A stretch of DNA of 64,000 nt, from contig NW_021833803.1 of NCBI RefSeq assembly GCF_006345805.1, positions 4,550-68,549 of the forward strand. Reading direction: 5' to 3'. The notes under the pieces were generated by a model, which was not told the DNA's origin, made no database searches, and saw nothing but the letters and a program-made list of their open reading frames with translations. The DNA is from Octopus sinensis (lineage: Eukaryota). The position numbers and the translations under genes were made by a program. Below, in pieces: positions 45,240 through 61,476 of this stretch; the stretch's first letter is position 1, and each line of letters starts with the position of its first letter.

Positions 45240-45840
45240 TTGTCAAGAAATAAATGTTTATCACTATTATCGGGCTCTCTGAAGGGCTCAGAACCTTCAC
45301 ATCCATCAAAATTGTATATTTCTCACTTGATTCTAGAAATAGTCCCTTTGCTTGTTTTGTACATTTTTGAACAGTTATTAGTCCAATGTTTTCTTCAACA
45401 ATTTTCTCAAGACATCGTAATCAATATTATTTTTGTGTTAAGTACGTTTGATTATTGTCTAAAATGGATGGAAGATGAGTTGATAAATCTTTTTCACTCC
45501 TGCTTTCAAAATGCATTTTCAATAGGATTAAGCATATGAGTATATGGTGTCAATCGAAAAATTCGATGCATTGTCAACTCTTTTTCACAAAGGATTTCTT
45601 CCAGTTATGAATGGCATTTGGCATTGTCAATTATAACTACGACCCCGGAGTTGTTAATTTCATAGGCTTTGCGAAGACAGTTCCTGACAAACTCTTTTGC
45701 ACCATCAGACCTGAGAGAGCCTCATTGTATTTCATAATTAAAAAGCCCATGCACTGAATAGCTCAAATTACATAGATATGTGGACCCTTTGAAGTCGCTG
45801 CAATAGACGATGCACGTAATCCAACTTTCGATCAATCTTT
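45240..45840 (-). mobile_element. IS630/Tc1-like transposase catalytic C-terminal fragment, degenerate
   Basis: VIIDNAKCH..RLTPYTHMLNPIENAF, with a C-terminus similar to ORF 43688-43924. Confidence 0.75.
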
Positions 45841-46180
45841 TGAGTAATTAATTAATTTACTTTTTGAACTAAGTTGTACTGGTATAGAAAGGTAAAAAAA
45901 CCACTGCTCTTAATTGAATGAATAATGATAAAAATAGTTTTTTATTTGTTTAAATTAATTTTTTCCAAATATTCATTCAAAATAAGACTGTGGAACTAAA
46001 TAGCCTTGTGATTTTATAGCCAAAGTTACCGAGATCAGATTCAAGCTGATTTTCTTCCCAAGGTTTTTAATTTATTTGTTTCTTTTTAATATTTGTGTAG
46101 TTTTATTATTTTTTTTACTTTTTTGAAGATAATAAAGAAATATTCAAATTTTTTAACGTGTATATTGTTGTGATTTAAGA

Positions 46181-46564
46181 ATGTCATCTGAAGATTCTGA
46201 CGATACATGTAAAGCACCAATAGAATATGACTGCAGTATTATTACTCAAGAAATTCTCTCAAAAGAAGAGGACTTAATGACAGAATTAAAAAATATCAAA
46301 AGTAAAAAACGCTCAAATAGCTCCCGAATTGATTCATATAAAGAACGGAAAGAAACGCCATTTATAAAGCAAAAAAAACATATTCGGTTATCATCAGATG
46401 TAATTGGCTGCATCGTGAATAAACCAGATGAAATTTATAAGGGGAATATTCAAAAAAGTAAAAACAACGTTTCCTCTCCTGAGAAGTCCTGGTATTTAAT
46501 TCGACTAAACATTAAGCTCCTCTTTTGCCTTAGACAATGTGACGACTTTAGTCCATATGGATGA
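46181..46564 (+). CDS. hypothetical protein (possible short intron near the 3' end)
   Basis: 127-aa ATG-initiated ORF with hydrophilic, protein-like composition. No family recognised. Confidence 0.35.
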   Translation: MSSEDSDDTCKAPIEYDCSIITQEILSKEEDLMTELKNIKSKKRSNSSRIDSYKERKETPFIKQKKHIRLSSDVIGCIVNKPDEIYKGNIQKSKNNVSSPEKSWYLIRLNIKLLFCLRQCDDFSPYG

Positions 46565-47144
46565 TTATTTAAGTAAATTGACCAAAAAAGGAAATATAAG
46601 TTTAAGGGATCAGAGACTTTATCATAGCAATACTCGCAGAATATCTTGTTTGTTAAATTTTTACATTTTAGCTCAAGCATCTATGGATTTTCGCTCAAAA
46701 AGACGATTTCTTTGACGTTTTTTATTTGGTTTTAATAATTTTTATGCATTGATTATTAAATATAGAATTTTAAGATTTGCTGAAAAAAGACAGAAGTCTT
46801 GTGATTATCAAATTGAACTCAGTCAACCTTTTTGAAGGCATTAATGTCCTTATATAACAATTACATCGAGCTGTGAAATTATGAACTGTATTGCGTCTTG
46901 CCAGTGGGCGTTGGAAGGAATAATTCTCTCCAATGTTAAGGACTGTTATAACGCTTACCATTTGGATAAACAATCGGATGCTCAACAGTGATTACTTGTT
47001 AAGACATAAGCTAGTCGTTAGGTGACGCAGATTTATTTTTGTAAAAAATATTATGTCGCGAGCGACCGAGCGCAGCGAGCGACCACTCAATTTCTAGATC
47101 CGATCAATCAAAAAATCTATAAATTGACAAATACCCAGGCTTAA

Positions 47145-50100
47145 GAATAGGAATAGGAAGTTTTATTGGAAACAGAGAAGGGTTAAAGGTTAGGGGGGAG
47201 TTTGTATAATGAAACAATAGGACTACCCTATCGACTTCTTCCCAGAAAAAAAAAGAGACCCCCTCAAGTAAATTTTTTTTTTTTTTTTTTTTCTTTTCTA
47301 CCTCTGCAGGTACGTCCCAGTGACAATTGAGTTGGATTTATAACCACTTATAGCTTTTTCGACAGTTTCACCGACCATGGAGGATTTACTTTCAAGCCAC
47401 AGGGGGATTGGATCTTCAATTTTTGGTGGTAAGCAAGCTTCAAAGCGAGCCTGCGAGACTTTTCAAATTTAGTTAAGATGGTGTCCTTCTTTTTAGAGAA
47501 GTACCATCCCTCTTTTCCGTATAGTAGTCCCGGTAGGATCACCGTATTGAAAACGTAGAGGAAAGTATCAGGCTCCAAATTTAACTTTCTCAGGCAGAAC
47601 AGAGCATTAGTTGCTTTCCTTTTACTTAATTTTGCGTTTTCGAGATAGTTTCCCTTTTCATCGATGAACAAGCCAAGATATTTAATTGAGTTTTGTCGAG
47701 GTATGTTCTTGATCAGGCACGGTAAATTTATTAAATTTCTGCTTTCTGTGATTCTCAGTAATGCGGACTTCTCACGCGCAATAATGAACATATTTTCATC
47801 GCACCATTGCTCCACTGTATTCATATATGATATAATCCTTTGTTCGGATAAGGCAGGTTTCGATGAAATGTCAAGGATTACAACATCATCGGCGTATATC
47901 AAAATTTCCGTCCGTGTGTTGACAGGAGACGGCAGATTGCTCATCACAATGTTGAATAATAGAGGACTGAGGACTGATCCTTGAGGGACGCCTCTTTTAA
48001 GTTTCAGTTCATCCGAGTCATAGTTCAGAAAGCTTATCACAGAGCGCCTGTCGCGGAGGAAGTCTTTTAGCCATAGGAATAGTCCTTTGTCTATGTGACA
48101 CTTCGCCAGATGTCTAAGGAGACCGAGGTGCCAAACCATATCAAAGGCTTTTGAGATGTCTAGAGACACAATTGTCAGACACTCTTTGAAATCCAGAGCC
48201 TTTACAATCGACGAATTGAGTGTATAAAGACAGTCAGCACAGGAACGACCCCTCCGAAAGCCCCACTGCACGTCTTTGAGATAACCATTTCTCTCGACGT
48301 GTTCAGAGAGTCGTTCAAACATTACCCTTTCCATTATTCGACTGATGGTAGGAATTAGGCTTATAGGCCTATAACTTGTCGCCAAGTAACCAGGTTTTCC
48401 AGGCTTCCGTATCATCCTTACCTCCGTCAGTTTCCATGAAGAAGGGACGTATCCCAAGCTCACACTGCGGGAGAAGAGACATCCCAAATATTCGTAAAGT
48501 TGCTTGGGAGCTTCTTTGAACATGCGCATGGTTATCTTGTCCTTTCCCGGAGCGTTATTTTTGGAGTATCTAACTGCATTTTCCACGTCTTTGCACGTTA
48601 TAGATTCCGAGCACATTGGTAATGAGCTAAGATTGTCTTCCAACTCTTTTTCCATATCAAACAAAGCTGAATCAGATAGATTTGTATCCGGATTGACTTC
48701 TTGTATTCTTTTGAGACTATCAGCAAATATGTTCGGGATTTCTTCATGAGATGCAGGGGATCCATCTTGTTTTAGCAGTTTAGGTATAGTTTTCTCAGAC
48801 GTCGAGGTTAATTTCGAGTAGACCTTCCAAAAATTTGGACTTCCTTTATGTAGCTTTTTGCACTCAGTATTCCATTTTTTATCCTTCGCCACCTTCGCCG
48901 ATTTTCTTATTTCTTCCGTAATGGTGAAGATTTCACTTTCCAAAAACCGGTCACGAAAATCTGCGCAGCGCCGGAGTTTGTTCCTTAGACATTGTTTTTT
49001 CCTTAGTAGGATTTCAACATTCATGTTTGGCATGTGAGTTTTCCTATTGTTTGAGACGATTTTTGTAGAATATGTTTCCAGATAAGACTTTATGTATCCA
49101 ATAAGGGAATTGCTAGACTTCTCGAGGTCCTCAGATGAAGAATTATCGTCAAGTTTAGGAGCGAAATTGCTCAGATAAAGTGTAAAACATTTTCGGTAGT
49201 GTTCCCAGTTTATAGTCGAGAGGTTATATCGTATAAAAGTTGGTTTACCCTTTAAAGGTCCAAGGTTGAGTTTGTATAAAATTGGTAGATGGTCACTTCC
49301 AATATCATTTAAGGTGTACGGTTGTTCCATAAATTGAAGAGTAGACATAGAGACCAATGCTACGCCCAAATAGTCCCACCCTCCTGGTGAGTAATGATTT
49401 GGGGTTTTTGATGTGATGACCGAGAAACTGAGAGATTCTGAAAGCTTCTTAAGAATGATGCCATCCCTGTTGGTTCTCAGACAGCCAAAAGATGTGCATT
49501 TGGCATTTAGATCCCCGAGGAGTATTGACAAATGATTGTGTTTATCGGCAAAAAAGTCCTTGATAAGCGATGAATAATTGGAAAGGGATTTTGAGTACAT
49601 CCCTCCGATTGTTACCCACCCTTTTTCCAGAAGGACGTCGATTGTGAGGAATTCACACAATTCCTCGGACACAATTTTTAGATTTTTCACCCTTAGAGTT
49701 GATTTGTAGTAGATAGAAGTGCCTGTTCCAGCGATCGAGCCCGGCTTCCACTTAATATCAAGGGAACGATAGCCATCCAAGTAGTAATCATCATGTTTTT
49801 TGATTTTTGTTTCGTTTACGATCAAAAGGTCCACGGGGTTATGGGATAACATATCCTCAATCTCTGAACGCCTTCTCTTTAGAGAACGTGCGTTCACAGC
49901 GATAATAGACAGAAAGGGGCTCACGCCTGATCAATCCTTTCCCTTCCAAGAGAAAGGGACAACAGATTGTTGATATCGAGGCCTTTTTCATCGCATATAG
50001 CGATTATTTTGCGAATCATAGAGGTAAGCTCAACGTCGATAGTTGGTGCTTTCCTCTTAAAGCGGGTTGGAGGCTCTGTGTGTTGTGTATTGGGAGGCAA

Positions 50101-50990
50101 AGTTGCGTCTTCACTAACATCTGTTTGCGTTGAGGAGTCAAAACAGCGGGAAATTGTGGGTTTTCGCCATACAGATTCAACGGCCTCCGCTTTTGACCAT
50201 ACAGTTTTTGAGTGTTCTGCTTTGGCCAGTCTGTCCCTGGCACTGAGCTGCTTTTTAGTTGTTCAGTGGCTGCCTTAGCTGAAGAGCAGCCACCGTAGCA
50301 AGCCAAATGCCCACTCAGACCGCAGTTTATACATTTTTTCTCAGTTTTTCCTTTAATCGGGCACATTTTCATATTATGATCACCACCACAGAAAAGACAT
50401 CTTTCACTTCTTTGCAGAAGTTAGCAATGTGACCAAATTGTTGGCAGCGAAAGCATCTTGTTGCTGGGTTTTTAAACCATTCGCATCGTTTTTTGAAATC
50501 CCACTTCGATTCCCATCCTTACAAGCGAAGTGGCTTCTGCCCTCGAATTCAGACTCAACTTTCCAACAGGTATACTCCGTCCATTTTTGTAGAACCGTTG
50601 GAAAGTAAAACCGGGGTTGAGAATTTCTTTGAGGTAAAGATCCAGGTCTTCCTCGGAGACCCAAGATGGTATTCCCTTCAAGACTACGGTCGATGGTTGC
50701 AGACTGCACGCAGAAATATAATGGCCGTCCTGGCCAAATGGTTTGTTATACTCGAAGTCATTCACAAACGAGTCCCTATCACTAGAATTTGAGAATTCGA
50801 GGGTAAAGTCCCCAGACTTCCTGGCAGTAATTCGGGCCTTCTGTGCAGTCTCGGATTTGGTTAGAATATTAAAGGACTTTATTCGTCCAATCGCATAATT
50901 TTTTATCTGCAGCGAGAGGACAAGAGACTCAGTACAGTTTGGATTGTTCAAAGAGACTTGAGAGGAGTGTGACCCCTCCTCTGTGATTGC
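47145..50990 (-). mobile_element. Jockey/I-like LINE: partial ORF1 (RRM-like + 3 CCHC) and intact 858-aa ORF2 (APE + RT)
   Basis: ORF2 47348-49924 has IIAVNARSL, LLIVNETK, LGDLNAK, GSDHLPI, YRPISL, DISKAFD, GVPQGSVLSP and YADD. ORF1 has CFRCQQFGHIANFC, CLFCGGDHNMKMC and CINCGLSGHLAC. AATAAA + (CCTATT)n tail. Confidence 0.95.
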
Positions 50991-52286
50991 ACATTCTGTC
51001 AAAGTCAAATATGATAATAGCTTTAATTTTGATTCATGGTCGATAATGATATATGCATTTAATTTTAAAGAGAAAAACATAGGATGAATTGAATTTTCTT
51101 TATCGCGAATAATTGGGAGTTCATCATTGTTAATATTCTCGCTGTCGTTTTCATCAAGGATATTCTTAATACGTGAGATTTTTGCCTTGAAGGTTTTAAT
51201 GGACCTCATCATGAATGTCGAGGACATTCGCGTTGTTCATTTAATCAAAATGCAGAAAATAATTTTTTGATTTTTTGGGGGGAAGGTTTTAAGGACTTCA
51301 TCATGTAAGTCGAGGACATTGTAGTTGTTCATTTTAACCAAAATGCAGAAAATTTTTTTTTAATTTTTTTTGGAGGGAAGGTTTTAAGGACTTCATCATG
51401 TAAGTCGAGGACATTGTAGTTGTTCATTTTAACCAAAATGCAGAAAATTTTTTTTTTTTTTTTGGGGGGGAAGGTTTTAAGGACTTCATCATGTAAGTCG
51501 AGGACATTGTAGTTGTTCATTTTAACCAAAATGCAGAAAATTTTTTTTTAATTTTTTTTGGGGGGGAAGGTTTTAAGGACTTCATCATGTAAGTCGAGGA
51601 CATTGTAGTTGTTCATTTTAACCAAAATGCAGAAAATTTTTTTTAATTTTTTTTGGGGGGGAAGGTTTTAAGGACTTCATCATGTAAGTCGAGGACATTG
51701 TAGTTGTTTATTTTAACCAAAATGCAGAAATTTTTTTTAATTTTTTTGGGGGGGAAGGTTTTAAGGACTTCATCATGTAAGTCGAGGACATTGTAGTTGT
51801 TCATTTTAACCAAAATGCAGAAAATTTTTTTTAATTTTTTTGGGGGGGAAGGTTTTAAGGACTTCATCATGTAAGTCGAGGACATGTAGTTGTTCATTTT
51901 AACCAAAATGCAGAAAATTTTTTTTTAATTTTTTTGGGGGGGAAGGTTTTAAGGACTTCATCATGTAAGTCGAGGACATTGTAGTTGTTCATTTTAACCA
52001 AAATGCAGAAAATTTTTTTTTAATTTTTTTTGGGGGGAAGGTTTTAGGACTTCATCATGTAAGTCGAGGACATTGTAGTGTTCATTTTAACCAAAATGCA
52101 GAAAATTTTTTTTTTATTTTTTTGGGGGGAAGGTTTTAAGGACCTCATCATGTAAGTCGAGGACATCGTATTGCCAATTTGAAGTTGGTGTGCACACACA
52201 GACAGACAGACAGACAGACACACAGACAGACACACAGACAGACAGACAGACAGACAGACACACACCATACCATTTTATTATTAAGA
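50990..52286 (-). mobile_element. Helitron 3, 5' portion only, fused to LINE ORF1
   Basis: 5' terminus, microsatellite, minisatellite and downstream ~270 bp match Helitron 1 (23480-25214). Homology stops at TCTGT(G/A)ATTGCAC. Confidence 0.9.
51200..52170. repeat. ~94-bp minisatellite, ~10 units, in Helitron 3
   Basis: Same unit as Helitron 1 with two fixed variants (GACTTC, ACATTG) in the internal units. Confidence 0.97.
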
Positions 52287-52348
52287 TTCATCGGAGCATT
52301 ATACGTAGTCTCTGTAGCAGACATCTTTTTTAATAAAGTGCTATTATA

Positions 52349-52650
52349 CAGCGATACAAATAAAAAACGGAACACTCATTTTCTCGATTTTTTTCTATTG
52401 AATGATTGATTTATTTTAACAAAAATAGAATTTTTAGAAGACAAACATAACTTTAGCCTTTAAAAAAATAAAAACAACTTATATTTCGGACCGTAATTAA
52501 ATCCAGTTTTGTCCAAACAAAATAAAAAAGAGAACAAAATAAAATTCTCTATTTTTACAGAGTTTTTTAAACCATTTTTTATTTTATTACACGTGTTGAT
52601 ATAGAAAGAAATTGAGAAATTGGCTGTTCCGTTTTTTATTTGTATCGCTG
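52349..52650. mobile_element. Tc1/mariner-type MITE (302 bp)
   Basis: Perfect 26-bp TIR CAGCGATACAAATAAAAAACGGAACA with TA TSD. Confidence 0.9.
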
Positions 52651-52829
52651 TAGGTCACAACACGTTACTGTCGACATATTACCTTGAAACACCTTCTTTT
52701 GTAAATAAACCCCGCTCAAATAAAAAAATACTCAGTTTTGTATAAAAAGCTTAAATGTATTATCTCATCATTTCAATTCCATTTACTGTCCCTTAAACAA
52801 TTTATTACAAAAGGGTTGGAAAGGAAACC

Positions 52830-53830
52830 TAAAAAATAAAAAACGATTGTATGCTCATTGATATTCACAAAGCTTTTGACACGGTCTCCCGAAAAATTCT
52901 TACGCAAAAAATTTACTCGTTGAATATGGAACCAAATTTAAAACTATGGCTTGCCAATTTTCTGAATGGATGTCGGGGTAAAGTCTACAAGGGCAATCGA
53001 AGATCTGCATCGAAGCTTCTACCGAATGGAGTGCCACAAGGTTCCCCCCTATCCCCCGTATTATTCAACCTAATGTTGAATGATATGCCTCTTCCTGAAA
53101 ACAAGAAGGACATTTTACTAACATATGCGGATAATATAATCGTTGCATCGAGGGATATATGTGTCAGCGAAGCTACTAAAAGATTACAGAAAAATATAAA
53201 TAACCTGTATAATGGCTCAATGCCAATCTCCTGAAAGCAAGCCCGGAAAAGTCTGAGCTAACCTTTTTCACAGCTAACAAAAGACTGGGGAATTTGTCGA
53301 TAAATGTGACCATGGAAGGGAAATCAATTCCCCAAAATAAAACTCTAAAGATACTAGGGATCACCTTTGACACCTTTCTAACCTTTACTCCCCATACGGA
53401 AAATGTGTTGATGAAATTCAATAAGAAACTAAACTTTTTTAAAGCATTTCTTGGAAACTTGGAAGACGCCAAAGGAACTTACGGATTAGAGTGTCTATAC
53501 ATCCAATACATTAAACCGACAATTGGTTACGGATGTACAGTATGGGGAAGCAATCTAGCATATACAACTGTCAAAAAAATCGACAATATTCAAATGGAGA
53601 TTGTAAACATTCTAGCTAATGTCACGGGGAACAAAATTCAACCAAAGGGACTAGAAGAAATCGTGAAATAAAACGGCGGAGACCTCAGGAAAAAAGTCCA
53701 TGTTCGGGATCCCCGACCTCTTAGACAATGCGCTGTAGAACACAGAGAAAAGATGCGAAGGTTTCTAAAAGAGACTGGGATTACCTGAAATAATTAATTA
53801 TGGTTATGACTGTGTTTTTGGTCATAATAA
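52830..53830 (+). mobile_element. 5'-truncated LINE (family of 21160-22018)
   Basis: IDIHKAFDTVSR, LLPNGVPQGSPLSP, YADN and LGITFD..F..H. 3' stem-loop TTATGAC..GTCATAA and (AAT)n tail. Confidence 0.85.
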
Positions 53831-56314
53831 TAATTTTTATGATAAAATAAACTTTTTAAACTAATTTTATTAGTAAAAACAGGTAAAAAAGGTGGCAGAC
53901 CTCATATGTGAATACGCCATAGTTTTGACAGCTATAATTTTAAATCAGGTTTAAAAAAATTGGCACCCAATGCGTAAGCAATAAAAAAAGATTTGAAGCG
54001 GTGAACTTTGGAGGATGTTGTCCACGGGTAAAATTTGTGGATGAATTTTCAATTTATGTTTAATTTATTTTTATTTAATTTTAAATAAAAATAATATTCA
54101 AAATTAATACGTGTCATGGAATATGTAAGGAATTTTGGAGAGAATTGTTTCGGGCAAATCGTAAAGATTTCAATAATATATTTAGGACCACGATGGTCAA
54201 AAATTAGCTTATTATATACAGATTATCCTTGTAGTATCAACAACAGTATATTTTCCATAAATAAAAATGATATCAATAGGTTGTCAGTTTTTTTGTCGCT
54301 TATGTCGCAAATTGTTTTTCTTACTGTTATATTCCAGTTCTAATATCTACTACTCTGGCTGCGATTGTATTTTTATTTAATAATTTTGTTACAGATTACA
54401 TTTCCAAGTTATCCATTCTATAGAAGACACCCCTTGCAGTGGTGCACACTGGACAAACCAAAGTCAAAAAATAAGAAAAATGCTGGCTTAAAATAAATGA
54501 ATTTTAACCAATATTTTATCTTTATTTGTTATTTCTGATCAGTCTTTCCCATACATTTAGTCTACTTAACTCACGTTCCTACACATTTTTAGTAAATATT
54601 AACGAATCGGAGATTAGAATGAGCCTTCAAGAAATGATAGATTATCGCTCAGGAAGTTTATAGGATTTGATTTGTTTATTTTTGATTTCGATTTATGGAA
54701 AGTTCAATTTCTTTTCTCGGACACCGTAAATTTTTGAAATTGAAGTGGAACTGTATTTCAGCTACTAAGACAACATATTTAAAGAGGTTGATCATATCTT
54801 TGATGGAATTCCAAATTTAGACAAGACGTTGAAACGCTTGATAGTTTTAATATCCACGTTACTTATTCTTAGTTCGATCAATTAAGTGTAATGATTACAA
54901 GTAAACTATCTACGGTAAAATAGACAGAATTCGCGTCCATTTTCAACACAGCAAGCTTTAGAGTTGTATTCTTACTCTTTGTTACAACAAAGATATTTGA
55001 GGTTTTAATAGCAGCTCAATAATTTATGTAAATTTGTTTATTTACTTAAACTAGTCACACAAAGTTTGTTTCTTAATAAACAAAGAGTAAAAGTCTACCC
55101 GACAATCCATTCTTTTGACAACGATGTTGGCTATTATTTTTCAAAGCGTGTTTGTCAAGACCACATGCCTGAGGTTCTTAATTTACCCTTGATTTTTGCA
55201 ATTTCTGAATAGATATTGAGAGTCTCTTTTCTAGTGGCACGGGAAATCAAGTAGTATTTCTTCTGTAGTTATTTCATAGTCTAGTTTCCGCTGTTCTAAA
55301 GTAATCGTTAGTTATCTGATTTTAATTTTGTTTCAAAGTGGAATAATAATCGACTTTTTAGATGCAAAAAATAATATATAGTATATCATTTTTAAAAGTA
55401 CTTATGAACTTTGTATAAATAAAATTCTTAAAATAATGAAAACTTAAAATTGAATAGTCAGTATTACAATTTAACCGTAAACATATATTCTAAACTAAAT
55501 ATAAATATCTAGCTTAGTTTCGTCTAACAGAACCCAAGGTTTTTCATTCTTAATGTTACTAGGTCAGTCTTAATTATTATCATTAATTAACAACTTCCCT
55601 GCAAATTGTATCCCCCTGAATTTGGAATGAATAAAAATATTGTTTATTTCAACAAATAGTACAAGATTGCTTCTACCAATTGATATCTGCATTATACAAT
55701 CCTCAAGAGTATTTTTATACACGCAAGTTAATCTATTTGACGGAATTACTGGAAAATAAAAAAATATTTCGGTTTATAATCCTTATAAGAAATTGAATTT
55801 AAGGAATATTGTGGCTAGGTTAACTGCAATAGAGAATGAACTCTTGGCCAATCTTGAGACTGTACATGAAGTTTATCTAGTATCTTCAATAAGAAATTAC
55901 AAACCAAATATTATGAATGAAACAACAGTTAGAATTACATTTCATTCTAATAGAACTTAAAAACGTTTTTTGGTTCATTTAACCAATTTTTAAGACAAAT
56001 ATTTGCTCATTGTTCTTAAAAATTAGTGATTTTATTTTTTAAAATTAACCACAAAATTCTAAGGAACTAAAAATGGCCAATTTGCGATGGTCAAATGTAC
56101 TTAGTTATTAAACAGTGGTAATACAATCTTTTTGTAACCAGAAAAGATAATATTTTTATATAAATATAAAAATACATTTATGTAAAGTTTAAATATCTTG
56201 CAAAAATAAATAGTTTTAATTAAAAAATACATTGTACCGCTTCGTATTCATGTTGCATTTTTTAACTTGATTATTTTTTTCAAATATTAACATTTTGATA
56301 GAATTAGTTAACGG

Positions 56315-59152
<2,838 letters not shown>

Positions 59153-59250
59153 ATTCTTCTTTGCATCACAAATATTAATATTTTTAAATAAATTTTATTT
59201 GTTTTAATAAGAATAATCAATTTAGTTTAAAGATAATCATGTATTAGATG

Positions 59251-61476
59251 CTACAATTTAGTTCCGTGTAATTTATATCGACTTCCATCCCTGTTTTCAT
59301 TTTTGACTGGTCCATAGCGGGAATTAGGGAGAAATAAGGATTTAAAGGTCTTAAATATTATTTTTATCATTTAAAGTACCTTTTTTTGTATAATTACTTT
59401 TTTATTAATTATATAAACTGCGTATGCAACAATACAAAGGACCGGTGCTAGAAATATTCCCCATCCCAAATATTCTGTAAATACAGGCATTAAAACTTTA
59501 TTATAAGTAATGGGAGTGTACGTAACCATCGAAAATATTAGAATCCCCTAAAATAAACATTACTTTAATACAAGTAAAATTAGTGGGCAAGTTAAAAGCC
59601 AAGTAAATTTCCAGTAATAGTTAGGTTTTTTACCGGTCATCATTAAAATGTCTTCAGATAAATTTTTTATACCATAAATCCAGCAAACAGCAATATTTTC
59701 CAAGAGAGTAACCAATATAAGTGATAATTGAGCACTTCTTGTATCCAGTAACGTAAGCCAATAAATTCCAGCCTATTTGTTTAATTAAATTTTAATTGTT
59801 AAAAACCTGTGTAGTTAATGGGAGACCTAATATGAACCATATGAAACAACAAAAAAATGTAACCGTTACTCTCCATTTTTTAAAAAATGAAAATGAATCA
59901 AAAATTAATGAAAGACAAGCTTCATACATTCCAAACTATTAATCAAAATTAGATATAAAATGTTATTTACCTGAGTATCAATTCCAACTAAAATTATCAT
60001 AAGAAATACTAAGCAAGACCATAAAGGTGCGATAGGTAATGTTTTTAAAACTTCGGGATAGATAACAAATATTAAACCCACACCTATAATAAATATTATA
60101 TCATGTTTGTAACCTTGAGTAACTACTTCGTTTATTGGTAACCCTGTTTTTAAGCTCAAATGTCCAATTATTGCGAAAACAGCAAAACCTGCATATATGC
60201 TTGTTCCACAATTTATTAATGAACATAAAACAGCATCACTATTTGTTAACAGGATATGTAATTACCTTTCGAATTTGTTATTAAAATCGTTATATGAAGC
60301 ATACAGTAGTAAAGATCCGAATCCAATACCCATTGAATAAAATATTTGTGTTGCAGCAGCTATCCAGACCTATAATATCAGATAATAATAAATAAATACA
60401 GATTTATCCAACAGTCTTGACCAATCAGGTTTAATAAAATACAGAATGCCATTATGTGAGCCTGGCAGAAGACTGGCCCGAACCAACATTACAGTTATTA
60501 AGATATATGGCAATATTGATGTAACATATACAACCTATAGGCTATGTAAAATAATTAAACTTTTCCACTCGATTGAATTCCTTTTGATAGACAGAGAAAA
60601 AGTAAAACCCACGATATAGCAAGAGCTCCGACAAGAGTCGGAACAAATTTTCCGGTTTCTGAAATACTGCTAGATTGCTGTAAGATGTAATTTCTATAAA
60701 AATGTTTTTATCTTTAAAAAACAAACTTCCAAAATTCTTCAGAAGGTGAAATACTTTTATAAGTTGAGCAATTGAAATAAGTCCAAAATTTATCAACCAG
60801 AGCATCCGAATGTATATTCTTTTGTTTTAAGAAATCTGCAATTGTCTCATTTAAGCATAAAAAATTTTGATTAATTTTGTCTGAAAATATAATTTATATA
60901 ATGATAACCTAATTGAGGGATTTTTAAAAAAGAAATATTAACTGTGATATTTTGTGTTCTGTCTGTACAATGTATAGAGTTCCAAGAATTGTTACACGTT
61001 TCCCACGGAAGCTGACTTGCAAACGATTTAACAAAGTATATAAGTGCGTAGGAAACAATAATATTATAATACATGGTAACTAATCCTGATATAACTGCCA
61101 TTGAGATTCCAATTCCTGTAATTAAATATCAAAAAATATGAAAAAAACCTTTGAAAATTGGTACCATAGAAAATGCATTAATTGGTCTACAAGAACTAAA
61201 CTGTCCAATGCAAAATTCTAGATAAAACATGGGGATTCCAGTGAGAACTAGGAATAACAAATAAGGTATCAAAAATGCTCCTAAAAGTGATTCAAAAAAC
61301 GTGAAACTACCTCCGCCATTCGTATAAGCAAGATATGGGAATCTCCATATGTTTCCTAATCCAATAGCATATCCAACGACTGAGAGGATAAATTCAAAAT
61401 GATTTTTCCACTTTTCATCGATCTAGGAATTCCATTTAATCAAATTTTTCGGAACGTGATTCTTTGACTCAGGCAT
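59251..61476 (-). CDS. SLC6 sodium/chloride-dependent neurotransmitter or amino-acid transporter, multi-exon
   Basis: [81 protein letters not shown] and GIDTQF. Short GT-AG introns; stop at 59251-59253. Confidence 0.95.

Noticed and set aside
54600-55350. Possible very decayed RT on the minus strand (KIIANIVVKRM, LAVLKMD)
   Set aside because: Too many stops and no core YADD/PQG motifs to support a call.
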